DNA from: an uncultured Bacteroidales bacterium
Lineage (GTDB): Bacteria > Bacteroidota > Bacteroidia > Bacteroidales > UBA10428
Direction: 5' to 3'
DNA: 64,000 nucleotides
NCBI GenBank assembly: GCA_963752195.1
Contig: CAVVXI010000004.1
Span: 197,029 to 261,028, forward strand
Position 1 is the first letter of the stretch, and each line of letters opens with the position of its first letter. Positions 30,399-41,258 of this stretch are shown piece by piece. A program made the position numbers and the translations under genes. The notes beneath the pieces are model-generated. The model made no database searches. It saw only the letters and a list, made by a program, of their open reading frames with translations, and had not been told where the DNA came from.

Positions 30399-32195
30399 TT
30401 AAGTTATTAAGATATTTTCTTTCGGGTAGCGGTATACTGAGGTTTTTGAACTTCTAAAAAAGGCAAATAACAAAGTCAGTATGCCCATCCTGCCCATAAA
30501 CATCAGTAAAATCAGCAGCACCTTGGATGACTCCTTTAGAGACGAAGTTATACCCAGTGACAATCCTACTGTGCCAAAAGCAGATACACATTCAAACAGG
30601 ATTTTAAGAGGTCCTTTGTCCGGCTCCATAAGATACAAGATCAGGGATGCACATCCTAAAATCACAATCGATAATATAATGATTGCAAACGCCCTGTTTA
30701 CAGAACGTTCATGAAACTCTCTTTTGTGAAATTCAATGTGTCTTTTCATCCGGGCTATTCTGAATGCATTTAAAATGGCAATCGCAAATGTACTGGTTTT
30801 AATACCACCTCCCGTTGATACAGGTGAGGCACCTACCCACATCAGAAAAATTGTCAGCACAATTGCAGCAACGGACAGGTTGGCTGTTACCACACTATTG
30901 AACCCGGCTGTCCGGGGCGTTACACCGCCAAAAAAAGAATGGGCGATCTTCCCTGCCAAATCCATTCCTTTGAGAGTATGATCTTTTTCGAATAGGAAAA
31001 AAAATACGGATCCGATAACAATTAAAAAGAAAGTCGTATATATGACGAGCCTGGAATTTATGCTGATCATTTTTGGTATATACGCTTTTTTATGCCCGAA
31101 TTGAATCAGGGACACAACGCTTAAAATCTTATACTTGATGAATGTATAAAGATTTAACAGAATGGGAAATCCGATACCTCCCAGGATGAACAGGAAACTG
31201 ATCACATAAAATATTGCATATGTATTTCGGATCCTGTAATCGTTCAATCCTTCGGACAGGGACGAAAATCCTGCGTTGCAAAATGCCGAAATGGAATGAA
31301 ATACGGAAAATCGTATTTTACTTCCAATCGTGGTGAAGTAATTGCTGTCAAGGCTGAAATAGATGAATGCAGCACCAATCAATTCAAACAGCAGGGTAAT
31401 GAAGATTACCTTAAAAAGCGTTTTGCTTATTTCGGATACATTGTCTTCGCTGAAAAAATCACTTAACAGAAATTTTTCCGAAAAAGACGTAGATCCACCT
31501 TTGAAAAAGAAACCAAAAAAGCTGGTAAAGGTCATTATTCCAATACCGCCGGTTTGAATCAAAATCAATATTATGCTCTTGCCTAAAACAGTAAACCGGG
31601 TAGCCGTATCAACCACAATCAAACCAGTTACGCATAATGCACTGGTTGATGTAAACAGTGCATCCACAAAGGAAATCGGAACCGTTGTAGCGTTTGGCAA
31701 TTCCAGGAGGGCCGCACCGATCAGAATTATGGACGCAAAGCTGAAAAGAAAAAGCTGGGCAGGATTTAAGACGAGCGTCAGATTTTTGATATCAAAGCGG
31801 GAAAATTCAAAAATAAACAGGAGAAATAACAAAATGGTATTGAAATAATGGTTATTCACAAAATCATTATTCCTGTCAACATTTAATGTAAACGACAGGA
31901 ACAGAAACAAACCAATGGATAAAAAAATAAAAAAATCTGCCCGGAAACTCTTAAAACCAATACAAATTAAAGCACGCAGCAAATAGAACAAAGCAATCAG
32001 CGTAAAAAGCCAGTGATAATAGGTATAATTTGAAGGGGTGATTTCAGAATACTTGTTAACGCCAACCACTATGATTACCCTTATAAGCATAAACGTTAGC
32101 AGAAACAAAAGAAGATAATCAAGAATGGGCCTGATTTTTTTGTTGACGATTTTGGATCTGTTTTTTGAACCAAAAAATGGCCTGTTGGAAAGCAT
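30399..32195 (-). CDS. trkH: TrkH/KtrB-family potassium transporter
   Basis: 598-aa polytopic protein with repeated pore-loop-like segments (TGGIG, AGF, TGGGIKT, GTVGLS). Confidence 0.85.
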   Translation of the reverse strand: MLSNRPFFGSKNRSKIVNKKIRPILDYLLLFLLTFMLIRVIIVVGVNKYSEITPSNYTYYHWLFTLIALFYLLRALICIGFKSFRADFFIFLSIGLFLFLSFTLNVDRNNDFVNNHYFNTILLFLLFIFEFSRFDIKNLTLVLNPAQLFLFSFASIILIGAALLELPNATTVPISFVDALFTSTSALCVTGLIVVDTATRFTVLGKSIILILIQTGGIGIMTFTSFFGFFFKGGSTSFSEKFLLSDFFSEDNVSEISKTLFKVIFITLLFELIGAAFIYFSLDSNYFTTIGSKIRFSVFHSISAFCNAGFSSLSEGLNDYRIRNTYAIFYVISFLFILGGIGFPILLNLYTFIKYKILSVVSLIQFGHKKAYIPKMISINSRLVIYTTFFLIVIGSVFFFLFEKDHTLKGMDLAGKIAHSFFGGVTPRTAGFNSVVTANLSVAAIVLTIFLMWVGASPVSTGGGIKTSTFAIAILNAFRIARMKRHIEFHKREFHERSVNRAFAIIILSIVILGCASLILYLMEPDKGPLKILFECVSAFGTVGLSLGITSSLKESSKVLLILLMFMGRMGILTLLFAFFRSSKTSVYRYPKENILIT

Positions 32196-32548
32196 CGATA
32201 TATATATATAAAATGGCGGGTGAAATTACACCTAAAATAAGAAATTAAAAATATAATAAGTGAGTTTCCAGTGTTCTCATAAGCAAGTCACTAACATGCA
32301 AACAATTAATATCTTTTTAATAGGTTACCCGAAGTCTGCCTATTTCACGTGCAGATAGGAATGATATAAAATATAAGATGAATTGTGTAAGATTAAAGAC
32401 CGCGTTATTCCCTAATTTTGAATCAATTGCTGATAGTAATCCTCATTTTTTCTATGCATCTGCATGATCCGGTAACAGAAGATTTCAGCAAACCGGATAA
32501 TTAAATTGCGAAACGTCGTCGATACTGACAATACATCAAATATCCCGG

Positions 32549-34390
32549 ATGCGGTTAACAAATAGGATCATATTATCTGTCAGCGTTTTTTTCATGATTC
32601 AGCCTGTATTTGGACAAGTAACTGTTTCCCAGGTGGATTCTGCTAAGATATACAAGGATATTGAATCCTATTCAGCAAAAAACAAATTCACCCGGTTTAT
32701 GTACCAGTTTTTTTTCAAACCGGTTGCAGTGGGTGCAACCAAAAAAAAGTCCATAACGAAGGGATACAGAAAATTAATCCAATCCTCGTACAGAGCTTTT
32801 GAAGGCAAAATTATCCGGAATATTAATATTCAGACATTGGATCCATTTGGATATTCAATCACTGATATCAATATGTCGCCCCCGGAGGGTATGATAGCCC
32901 ATGCAAATCAGATGCATATTAAATCGCGGGAAATATCGATACGAAATCTTTTGCTCATTCATAAGAACCAGGAATTTGATTCATTGCTGGTAAAGGAATC
33001 GGAACGATTGGTAAGAAGCAAAGGGTATATACATGATGTTTCTTTTTTTGTGGTTTCCACATCTGACCAATCGGACTCTGTTGATATAAATATTCGTGAG
33101 CTCGATAACTGGAGTCTGGTTCCCCGGTTTTCTGCCTCTGCTTCTAACCTTAACTTCGGCTTAAATGACAAGAACTTTGCAGGCATGGGTCATGATTCTC
33201 AAAACAGCTTTGCATGGTATCCTTCCAGCCATTCCTATGCATATAAAATCGGCTATCTGATTCCAAACATCAGGGGTACTTATATTAATTCGAAACTGAT
33301 CATCAGTAAGGATCAATATAACAATACCGCCAAGGGTTTTGCAATTGACAGGCCGTTTTTTTCGCCTTTCGCAAAATGGGCTGCAGGGATTGAATTTAAA
33401 TACCAATACCATAAGTATTTTATTTATACAAGCGATTCAATTTTAACAGAGGAGAGATTTAAGTTCAATACGCAGGATTATTGGGCCGGAAATGCTATCC
33501 GCATTTTCAAAGGAAATTCTGAAAATGAACGCACCACTAATTTAATCTCAACTTTCCGTTTCTTACGGATGAGGTACCTCAATCAGCCCGATGAGGTAAA
33601 TGTTCTTCAAAAGATGTTTTCAAGTGAAAATTTCTATCTCGCAAGTATTGGCATATCAACAAGAAAATACGTGAGGGACAAATACATATTCAAATATGGC
33701 CTTATTGAAGATGTACCTATTGGAAAAGTATTCAACCTCACTGGCGGTTATCAGATCAAAAACAACGTTGAACGCTTATATTTAAGCGGCCGGGTATCTT
33801 TTGGCAATTACTTTTCGTGGGGTTACCTGAGCTCCAGCTTTGAATATGGGACGTTTTACAGTGGCAGGAAAGCCGAACAGGGTTTTCTCCTGGCCGATTT
33901 GATTTACTTCACCGGATTAATAGAAATTGGAAAATGGAAATTCAGGGAATTTATTAAACCACAATTAGCCATTGGGTTAAACCGTTTTTCACAGGATAGT
34001 TTAACACTTAACAATAATCATGGTTTGGATGGATTTAACAGTCCTCAGTTGACAGGTACAAAACGCCTGCTTTTAACATTACAGACCCAATCCTATGCCC
34101 CCTGGTATTTATGGGGATTCCGTTTCGGACCTTTTTTGGGCCTGGCGATTGGTATGCTGGGCAATGCCGAAACGGGATTTAAAAATAAAAAGCTCTTTTC
34201 GGAAATAGCCCTGGGTTTATTGATCAGAAATGACAACCTGGTAATTTCTACTTTTCAATTTTCGGTATCCTATTATCCATCAATTCCGGGAAGGGGAGAT
34301 AATGTTTTTAAGGCAAATACACTTAGATCGTCTGATTTTGGATTCAGAGATTTCGAAATTGGCAAACCTGGTATTATGATATTCCAGTGA
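32549..34390 (+). CDS. Outer-membrane Omp85/BamA-like beta-barrel protein (hypothetical)
   Basis: 613 aa; signal peptide; POTRA-like segment then alternating beta-strand pattern; terminal F/Q. Confidence 0.5.
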   Translation: MRLTNRIILSVSVFFMIQPVFGQVTVSQVDSAKIYKDIESYSAKNKFTRFMYQFFFKPVAVGATKKKSITKGYRKLIQSSYRAFEGKIIRNINIQTLDPFGYSITDINMSPPEGMIAHANQMHIKSREISIRNLLLIHKNQEFDSLLVKESERLVRSKGYIHDVSFFVVSTSDQSDSVDINIRELDNWSLVPRFSASASNLNFGLNDKNFAGMGHDSQNSFAWYPSSHSYAYKIGYLIPNIRGTYINSKLIISKDQYNNTAKGFAIDRPFFSPFAKWAAGIEFKYQYHKYFIYTSDSILTEERFKFNTQDYWAGNAIRIFKGNSENERTTNLISTFRFLRMRYLNQPDEVNVLQKMFSSENFYLASIGISTRKYVRDKYIFKYGLIEDVPIGKVFNLTGGYQIKNNVERLYLSGRVSFGNYFSWGYLSSSFEYGTFYSGRKAEQGFLLADLIYFTGLIEIGKWKFREFIKPQLAIGLNRFSQDSLTLNNNHGLDGFNSPQLTGTKRLLLTLQTQSYAPWYLWGFRFGPFLGLAIGMLGNAETGFKNKKLFSEIALGLLIRNDNLVISTFQFSVSYYPSIPGRGDNVFKANTLRSSDFGFRDFEIGKPGIMIFQ

Positions 34391-34705
34391 ATCTTCAATA
34401 CGCCATGTGCACCAAGTCATTGTTCATTTTTCAATATTCGTGGTTTTAAAAGTATGAATGATGTAACTCTTGTCACAATTATGTAACAATTGCTGATCAT
34501 TAAAAACCGAACTTTAAGCCTAAATAACATGACAGGAGAAAAGTGAAGATTTTCTGCAATTCAATGGATATATGGGAATGTCAAACATGCACTGGACACA
34601 AATATTCATAGGTCCCGGAATCGGATTCATGCAGGGATTGGTTGTCTCCAGAAGAAAGGGATAACATATTAATTGTAAACCAAATATTACCTAAAAATCA
34701 TTATC

Positions 34706-34891
34706 ATGCCAATTTTAACTGTATTGCTTATTCTCATCGCTGCCGGAGTTTTGCTCTGGCTTGTCAATTCCTACATTCCGATGGATAGAAAGATTAAGTC
34801 CATTTTCAACGTGGTAGTTGTGATCATAGTCGTTGTATGGCTTCTGAAAGTATTTGGAATTTTCCATTATTTAAGTGACGTGCACATCTAA
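34706..34891 (+). CDS. Small 2-TM membrane protein
   Basis: 61 aa, MPILTVLLILIAAGVLLWLVNSYIPMD...; followed by an intrinsic terminator. Confidence 0.6.
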   Translation: MPILTVLLILIAAGVLLWLVNSYIPMDRKIKSIFNVVVVIIVVVWLLKVFGIFHYLSDVHI

Positions 34892-34977
34892 AAAAACCTC
34901 AGAATTTGAATCTCCAATTGATATGGTAAGATCCTTGGGAAATAGGAGATATCTGGGATTCAAGTTACCAATGAATA

Positions 34978-35010
34978 GCCGGGAATTAAAAATTTCCGGC
35001 TTTTTCTTTT
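34978..35010 (+). terminator. Rho-independent terminator
   Basis: GCCGGGAA-TTAAAAA-TTTCCGGC hairpin followed by TTTTTCTTTTT. Confidence 0.7.
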
Positions 35011-35194
35011 TCCCATACCTGAATTATTCAAGATCTAAAATATTGTCTACCAGTGTATTTATCATTCGCGTACTGCCCGTCAGTGAAAATCCGACAAAAG
35101 AAAACACAGGCAAATTGTAAATTTTTCCTCCCCAATACCGTATGAATAGGGGATAAATTGTAAACAAACTATAATTAAAACTAAATTTTAGATT

Positions 35195-35833
35195 ATGAAA
35201 AAAGCGGTGATTATTCTTACATGTCTTTTTGTTACAACTTTTTACTGCAAAAGCCAGGTTTTCGTCGGTGGAAATATTGGACTGGATGCAACGGGTGGTA
35301 AATCTGAGAATAACGATAATTCAACCAAAAAGGAAAGTTCTTTCAGTTACAGCCTGAGTCCGCAGCTTGGATTCCAGGTATCGGATAAGATGGATGTCGG
35401 AGCGTACCTGGTATATGCCCATGACCATACAAACAACAATCTGGATCCGGAATACATTACGAATGAACTATCCCTGGGTTTCAGACCCTACCTGCGCTAT
35501 TATGCCTTCACATTTAATAAATTCTCAGTATATGGTGAGTTTGCAGGTCTTTATAATTACTCTGTGGAAAAGAGCAAAAGTGGCGATACAGAAAATGAAG
35601 ATCAAAAAACCGCCAGTATGGGTTTCATTGCTTATCCCGGCATGTCCTTCAAATTAAGCGAAAAAGTTCAACTGATGGCGGCAATTAATTTGTTTAGCTT
35701 CGGAGTAATCCATTATGTCGAAAAAGTCGGAGACTATAAAGAAATTGATACGAATTTTCACCTGGGCGTAAATATGGACCATATTCTAACTACCGGTTCA
35801 GTTAGCATAGGCGCAATTATCAGGTTTAAGTAA
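35195..35833 (+). CDS. Outer-membrane beta-barrel (porin-family) protein
   Basis: 212 aa; signal peptide; alternating aromatic beta-strand pattern; C-terminal RF. Confidence 0.65.
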   Translation: MKKAVIILTCLFVTTFYCKSQVFVGGNIGLDATGGKSENNDNSTKKESSFSYSLSPQLGFQVSDKMDVGAYLVYAHDHTNNNLDPEYITNELSLGFRPYLRYYAFTFNKFSVYGEFAGLYNYSVEKSKSGDTENEDQKTASMGFIAYPGMSFKLSEKVQLMAAINLFSFGVIHYVEKVGDYKEIDTNFHLGVNMDHILTTGSVSIGAIIRFK

Positions 35834-35863
35834 TTTCAATAACAGCCCCGGAAAGGCAAAATG

Positions 35864-35895
35864 AAAACCCGGCAGACTTTTGTTCTCCGGGTTTT
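35864..35895. terminator. Bidirectional hairpin terminator between convergent genes
   Basis: AAAACCCGG-(14 nt)-CCGGGTTTT. Confidence 0.6.
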
Positions 35896-35908
35896 CCTGT
35901 GATTACAG

Positions 35909-35936
35909 AATCGTAAATCGTAAATCGTAAATTCCT
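35909..35936. repeat. Heptamer tandem repeat AATCGTA x3 (+1 degenerate) abutting a stop codon
   Basis: Read directly; the last unit overlaps the stop of the 35935-38298 gene. Confidence 0.8.
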
Positions 35937-38298
35937 AAAATCCCTTCTTCGGAAAATTACTGATCTCTTCCGTTGCCCTGTTGATATTATCCCTGTTTTT
36001 GCCCGAACTAAACTGATAACTTATCTTCAACCAGCAGAAAGGCTGGGATACATTTATTTTACCGGCATAGTGACTGTAAAAATCCGGATTTGCGATTTCT
36101 GAACCCTGGTAAGTAAATGTTTTATAGAAAGGTATAGCACTTACAAGACCAATTTTGATTTTTTTCTTAAATGTTTTTTCAAGCGAAACAAAGTAAAGAG
36201 CGCTGCTGAATTTAGTGCTCTGAATATGGTTATTTGCACTGGCATATTGAAAAACAAGGGATAGCGAAAATTCGTGCCTGAACGATAATATAGCCGAAAG
36301 ACCTGACTCAAAAGCAAATTTATGCCTGTCTTCCACCTGATGCTGTTCAGCCACACTGTTAACCGATGTGCAGAGATTGAACAGTTTCATGTATGGATTG
36401 AAATTTGCAATGCCCCATTTAAGAGTTCCCATTAATTGTATTCCATATTGATGAATGTTACCCATATTATTTACCTGTGTTTCAAAGGCATTGGTATCAT
36501 TAATGAAGGTCAGATCATCCATTGCGCTGTGTACGTCATTTATAAATAGGCGGGACGTGAAATAATTACCATTAAATTGAACGGAATGTTCTAAAGAGTA
36601 ACTATTGTGTAATTCAGCAATTAGAAACGGGTTGCCTTTACTTACAGTAACAGGGTCGTCAATTGAAGTGTAAGGATTAAGCTGATATATGTTTGGGCGA
36701 GCAATGGAGCGGTTGTAGGAAAGCTGAATATTCTGACGGGAAGTTAGCTTATAATTGAAATTGAAGTGAGGAAAAAAAGAAAAGCAGGAATTGTCAAAGT
36801 TATTTTCCAGAATTGAAAGGGATTTTTCTGCCCGGCCACCCATGGTTATATCGTATTTTTTTTGAGTGTAACCTATGGTTGCATACGCAGCCAATATTTC
36901 ATCTGAATAAGCAAAATCCTGTATATTTCTGTCCTTCAATATCTGGTATTTTGCCTTAAAACCGGTGCTGATTTTAAACCTGTTCCATGCTGGTGTAGAA
37001 TAATCGATTCGCAGGCTGGCATCATTCTGCCCTGGCTTAACCGTATTGACCTGTGATTGCAGATTTTCACTTTCACCCGATGTGTATGTCGTGGAGTTTT
37101 CGGCTTTCAGGTTATAAGTGCTTATTTCAAAAGTTAAAGCACTGCCATCCTTTGCAAAATCGTGTTTCAGGTACAATGAATAAAAGGTGCTTTGGTTCCT
37201 GTCGGTATCCTCTTTTTTAGCTGACCAGTAATTGCCTGCAATTTCCGAAGTCTGCAAATCGGCACTTCCATCCAGTTCCCTCGAGAAAGGATTAAGAAAG
37301 GCATAAAAACTTAACTGGTTATGATCATTTAAGAAATAATCAAATCCATAATTGAACCGGTGTGACCAATTTTTCTGATTTACATATTGATTTGAATTGA
37401 ATTCAAGGATATTGTTCTCCCTGAATTGTTTTCTTTGTGTTTCTTCATGAATATCGAAGTAAGTCAATTCGCCTTTGTACGAAGTATATAAATTGATTTT
37501 ATTGTATCCGAAATTCAAGGAATATGCCGGCCGAAGAAATATTTGTGAACCGGATGTTGGAATTTCAGCATATACCTGTCCAGAAATGCCTTTATTTCTT
37601 TCTTTTTTCAGTATTATATTTATGGCGCCTGTTGAACTTCCATCGTAATTTGAAGCAGGCTTATTAATGATCTCCACCCTATCAATCTGATCAGGATTCA
37701 GCTGACCGATGAAGCTTGCGTCACGCTCCTTTCCGTCAACCAGTACCTGAATATTGCGACTTCCTTCCAGCGAGATTTGCTGCATGAGGTCTACCTGGAT
37801 GCCCGGAATGAGTTTGAGGACATCCGTTCCTGTGGCGGATGCGTCAAGTATCTTTTTTGTCATAAAGAACGTGGTTTTGCCGGTTTCCGATTTTGCTTTT
37901 ATCCTCTCGCCAACAATTACGGTTTCCCTGATCAATATGGCTGTATCCTGTAAAATAATAGTTCCGGCATCTGTAATTCCATTGGCAGCTACATCTATAT
38001 TTTGCATTACCGGTTTATAACCGATCACAGATACATAAAGATTGAAGTTGCCTTTAGGAGCCGTACTTATCATAAATCCGCCATTTTCATCGCTTATTGT
38101 TCCGCTTACGGGCGAGGAGTCAGATGCTTTGAGGAGGGCCACACTGGCATAGGGAATACCCTGGTTGCTTTTCATATCAATCAGTTTGCCTGTGACCGAT
38201 TGTTTTTCCTGTGCATTTATAACAGTTGCATTGAGCATAAAAATTGAATAAACCATGCATGCAATCCGGAAAGTTGTAAAATAGTCCTGTCTTTTCAT
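35935..38298 (-). CDS. TonB-dependent-receptor-like outer-membrane beta-barrel protein with N-terminal carboxypeptidase-regulatory-like domain
   Basis: 787 aa; signal peptide; GKLIDMKSNQGIPYASVAL... (CarboxypepD_reg pattern); plug-like segment, then a long barrel. Confidence 0.75.
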   Translation of the reverse strand: MKRQDYFTTFRIACMVYSIFMLNATVINAQEKQSVTGKLIDMKSNQGIPYASVALLKASDSSPVSGTISDENGGFMISTAPKGNFNLYVSVIGYKPVMQNIDVAANGITDAGTIILQDTAILIRETVIVGERIKAKSETGKTTFFMTKKILDASATGTDVLKLIPGIQVDLMQQISLEGSRNIQVLVDGKERDASFIGQLNPDQIDRVEIINKPASNYDGSSTGAINIILKKERNKGISGQVYAEIPTSGSQIFLRPAYSLNFGYNKINLYTSYKGELTYFDIHEETQRKQFRENNILEFNSNQYVNQKNWSHRFNYGFDYFLNDHNQLSFYAFLNPFSRELDGSADLQTSEIAGNYWSAKKEDTDRNQSTFYSLYLKHDFAKDGSALTFEISTYNLKAENSTTYTSGESENLQSQVNTVKPGQNDASLRIDYSTPAWNRFKISTGFKAKYQILKDRNIQDFAYSDEILAAYATIGYTQKKYDITMGGRAEKSLSILENNFDNSCFSFFPHFNFNYKLTSRQNIQLSYNRSIARPNIYQLNPYTSIDDPVTVSKGNPFLIAELHNSYSLEHSVQFNGNYFTSRLFINDVHSAMDDLTFINDTNAFETQVNNMGNIHQYGIQLMGTLKWGIANFNPYMKLFNLCTSVNSVAEQHQVEDRHKFAFESGLSAILSFRHEFSLSLVFQYASANNHIQSTKFSSALYFVSLEKTFKKKIKIGLVSAIPFYKTFTYQGSEIANPDFYSHYAGKINVSQPFCWLKISYQFSSGKNRDNINRATEEISNFPKKGF

Positions 38299-38444
38299 CG
38301 CAGTCGAAATTTGGGTTTCGCTTACAAAGATTAGGCTTATCTATTTGTTATACAATTTATTGGTATGTATAGCAAAGATTTGTTACTAACGGAAAGAAGG
38401 AAGATGTTTTTTGGTACGAATTGTAATTTTTTGGGATGAACGGA

Positions 38445-39314
38445 CTACCTGTACTGCTTTAGTAGCAGATCAAAATCCCGTGTTTTTTGCCGCGATACCG
38501 GAATTATTGTATCGATCCCGTTAAATTTGAGGCGGTAACCCAGGGTATTCCCTTTTTGAGAAGCAACCTGCTTCACATTTACGATAAACGCCCTGTGCGT
38601 TCTCATATAAAATGGAATGGCTGATAACTGCTGCTCGATATTGCCAATCGAATTGCGAATGGTTTTTTTCCGTATCTGGTTATCGACATGCAAATGAAAA
38701 ACTACATAATTGCCGTCTGATTCTGCAAAAATGAGCTGTCCCGGATAAAAACCCAATTCCTCTTTTTTAAGTTGTGAACTGATCTCAATTAATTTCTCTG
38801 CCAGTTGTGGAGATAAGGGATTGTTGCCGGGCTTAAAATTTTTCACAATTTCCGAAACAAACAGATGACGATAGTTGGATGCGGTGAAAAACATAAAAGG
38901 GATAATACCTATCAGGAAAGCATTGAAACAGGAATTAAAGTATGTATCCAGATTCCATCTGCCTCCGGATGACTCCATTATAAAGCCGGCAAAATACAAA
39001 GAAGTGCCCATTCCCAATAAAACCATAACAATGGCCAGGAATTCCTTTAATAGGGTCCATTCATCCGGATTTGAAAAATACCGGATTTTTTTCAGGTATT
39101 TAATTACAAGAAATATGGGAACAGATATTATAGCGAGATAAATTGCCATTGTAACGCCGAAGCTGAAAAAGCGCACTCCGTGTGTATTGAGGGGTTTATA
39201 GAGAATCAGGAAAGCGAAACAAAATGAAAGGAATATTCCTGTTCCTGCGTAGGGCTTTTCAATAATGAAATTCTGCGGATAGTTCTTGTTCAGAAATCTG
39301 AATATCCTGTTCAT
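38445..39314 (-). CDS. Membrane-anchored LytTR-domain DNA-binding protein
   Basis: 289 aa; 4-5 TM N-terminus; C-terminal LytTR pattern (...YMRTHRAFIVNV...). Confidence 0.75.
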   Translation of the reverse strand: MNRIFRFLNKNYPQNFIIEKPYAGTGIFLSFCFAFLILYKPLNTHGVRFFSFGVTMAIYLAIISVPIFLVIKYLKKIRYFSNPDEWTLLKEFLAIVMVLLGMGTSLYFAGFIMESSGGRWNLDTYFNSCFNAFLIGIIPFMFFTASNYRHLFVSEIVKNFKPGNNPLSPQLAEKLIEISSQLKKEELGFYPGQLIFAESDGNYVVFHLHVDNQIRKKTIRNSIGNIEQQLSAIPFYMRTHRAFIVNVKQVASQKGNTLGYRLKFNGIDTIIPVSRQKTRDFDLLLKQYR

Positions 39315-39352
39315 GATTCAATGGGCTGTTATCACAAATATACACTTTGAAA

Positions 39353-40129
39353 TTAAATTACCACCGGGACCCTGGGATTGTAATCAAAGCGTTCTCCCGG
39401 GTAGTATACCCTTTGAAGATATAAACCCGATGGGGGCGCTGAAAGTTGGGAAGGCCTTTCGGAATAATGATCCATAAACCCCTGTACTTCCTCTTCTGTT
39501 AATTTTCCTTTGCCGGCATGAACCAGGACACCTGCGATCCTGCGAACCATCATCCACAGGAAATGAGAGCCGAGGATATGAATTTGGATCTGGTTTCCGG
39601 TTTCCCTCACTTCAAGGTAACTGATATCGACCAGCGTTGATTTTTCATCCGGTGTGGCAGCTCCAAAGGAGGAAAAATCATGGAAACCCTTGAAAATATT
39701 GGAAACTTCCTTCATTTTATGAACCGACAGATCTTCTTTTACCCACCAAACATATCTTTTACCAAAGGCGGAACGACGCCGGGAAAGAATGTAAACATAA
39801 CTTCGGGCAACTGCATTATGCCGCGCATGGAATGTTTCCGCACATTTTTCCAGTTTCAGGACATTGATATCGTATGGAAGAATTTCATTTAACCGCACCA
39901 AAAGGGTTTCCGGCCGCATGTGAGTGTCCACATCGAGATGCGCAACCTGTCCCAATGCATGTACCCCGGCATCCGTACGGCCGGATCCATATAATTCAAT
40001 TTTCTTTGTATCAAATAATTTTTCGCATGACTTGAGCATTTCACCCTGGATTGTTTTCACGCCGGCATTTTGCTGCCATCCATGGTAATCTGAACCTTCA
40101 TATTCAATAAGAAGTCGGAATCGGGGCAT
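39353..40129 (-). CDS. truA: tRNA pseudouridine(38-40) synthase
   Basis: MPRFRLLIEYEGSDYHGWQ.Q, GSGRTDAGVHALGQVAHLD motifs. Confidence 0.9.
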   Translation of the reverse strand: MPRFRLLIEYEGSDYHGWQQNAGVKTIQGEMLKSCEKLFDTKKIELYGSGRTDAGVHALGQVAHLDVDTHMRPETLLVRLNEILPYDINVLKLEKCAETFHARHNAVARSYVYILSRRRSAFGKRYVWWVKEDLSVHKMKEVSNIFKGFHDFSSFGAATPDEKSTLVDISYLEVRETGNQIQIHILGSHFLWMMVRRIAGVLVHAGKGKLTEEEVQGFMDHYSERPSQLSAPPSGLYLQRVYYPGERFDYNPRVPVVI

Positions 40130-40130
40130 T

Positions 40131-41036
40131 TCAGTACCCCCATTGTTTCATCGCGGCAAGGTCATCTTTGGCACAATCCATCGGACTTTCGTTCTGGTAT
40201 GCTTCTTGTTCAATGATCAGCAGCCACGCACCGTTCTTAACTGCCAGGGGCAAAACATCCTTCACATTAAGTACGCCCTTTCCGAGAATTGTACTGTCAT
40301 GCTGGCCGTCTTTGTTTTTCTCCTTCAATACATCCTTGACATGAAGGGAGACAAATCTTCCGGGATATTTCATTATGACATCTTTCGGGTCCGTGCCAGC
40401 CGCATTGTACAAATTGGCAATATCAAACTGATGAATGGTCCGCTTCGGGTCCTGGTATTTCATGATTATATCAAATAATTTCATGTTGTTCAGAACGACG
40501 TCTTCGAAAAAATCATCATGGTAACCGAATTCCATTCCGCTTTTCTGACAATACTCCCCGCATTTATTCCACAGATCAATCACTTTTAAAAGCGCGTCGT
40601 AATCCTTACGCGCGTTTAAATCGAGTTCAGGAGTGATCACATATTTCTGCCCCATGTAGGCGGCATCTTCCACGGTATGTTTCCATGCATCTGTAAAATC
40701 TTTTTTCGATGTATCCCAGGATTGCATTCCAAAATCGACATGGCCACTGTACATTGTCAGGTCGAGGTCCTTCAGTATTTTTTTAAATTCCGAAGGCTCG
40801 AAACCATAAAATTTACGATCCGAATACCCGGCATGTTCAACCACTTTATAACCCATGGCCGCCAGTTTTGTGAGCGTCCCTTTCGGATCCTTTTGCATAT
40901 CGTCGCGTACGGAATATAACTGCAACCCAACGGTTACTTTTTCTGTGGAGATGGCAAAAGCAGAGCGTGGAAGGATCGCTGTGCCCAGGATGGCAATTGC
41001 ACCCGATTTTACAAATGTTCTTCTTGAATTTTTCAT
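40131..41036 (-). CDS. Sugar phosphate isomerase/epimerase (xylose isomerase-like TIM barrel), Tat-signal
   Basis: 301 aa; SRRTFVKSGAIAILG twin-arginine-like leader; TIM-barrel family pattern. Confidence 0.7.
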   Translation of the reverse strand: MKNSRRTFVKSGAIAILGTAILPRSAFAISTEKVTVGLQLYSVRDDMQKDPKGTLTKLAAMGYKVVEHAGYSDRKFYGFEPSEFKKILKDLDLTMYSGHVDFGMQSWDTSKKDFTDAWKHTVEDAAYMGQKYVITPELDLNARKDYDALLKVIDLWNKCGEYCQKSGMEFGYHDDFFEDVVLNNMKLFDIIMKYQDPKRTIHQFDIANLYNAAGTDPKDVIMKYPGRFVSLHVKDVLKEKNKDGQHDSTILGKGVLNVKDVLPLAVKNGAWLLIIEQEAYQNESPMDCAKDDLAAMKQWGY

Positions 41037-41258
41037 CAGTTTGATTTATTATTCAGGGATTAAAAAGACAATTATTAAGGATTTATGGAATAAAGTTACT
41101 CATTTTGTCAGTGAACATCTTCGCGCCAATGAAAAAGTCTTTTGCTTATCAGGCTTCAGGGGAAAATTGTTTACAATTCATGACAGAAGCTCATCGTTGC
41201 AAATCAAATTTTGCTATAGTGTTTCGTATTAAAGAAACAGGAGTGCAACTGCAAAAAC

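Noticed and set aside
32196-32548. Possible c-di-AMP (ydaO-type) or other riboswitch in the 353-bp leader upstream of trkH
   Set aside because: I could not recognise the conserved pseudo-symmetric ACGGGGA/CCCGA-type core or any convincing nested helices by eye. An Infernal scan is needed before any call.
34572-34664. 30-aa ORF (MGMSNMHWTQIFIGPGIGFMQGLVVSRRKG) in the 315-bp spacer upstream of the small membrane-protein gene
   Set aside because: Too short, with no conservation evidence available and no clear start context. Not reportable as a gene.
35113-35163. Direct repeat AAATTGTAAA x2 (41-bp spacing) upstream of the porin-like gene as a regulator site
   Set aside because: A short AT-rich 10-mer in AT-rich DNA. 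The chance expectation is not negligible and there is no supporting context.
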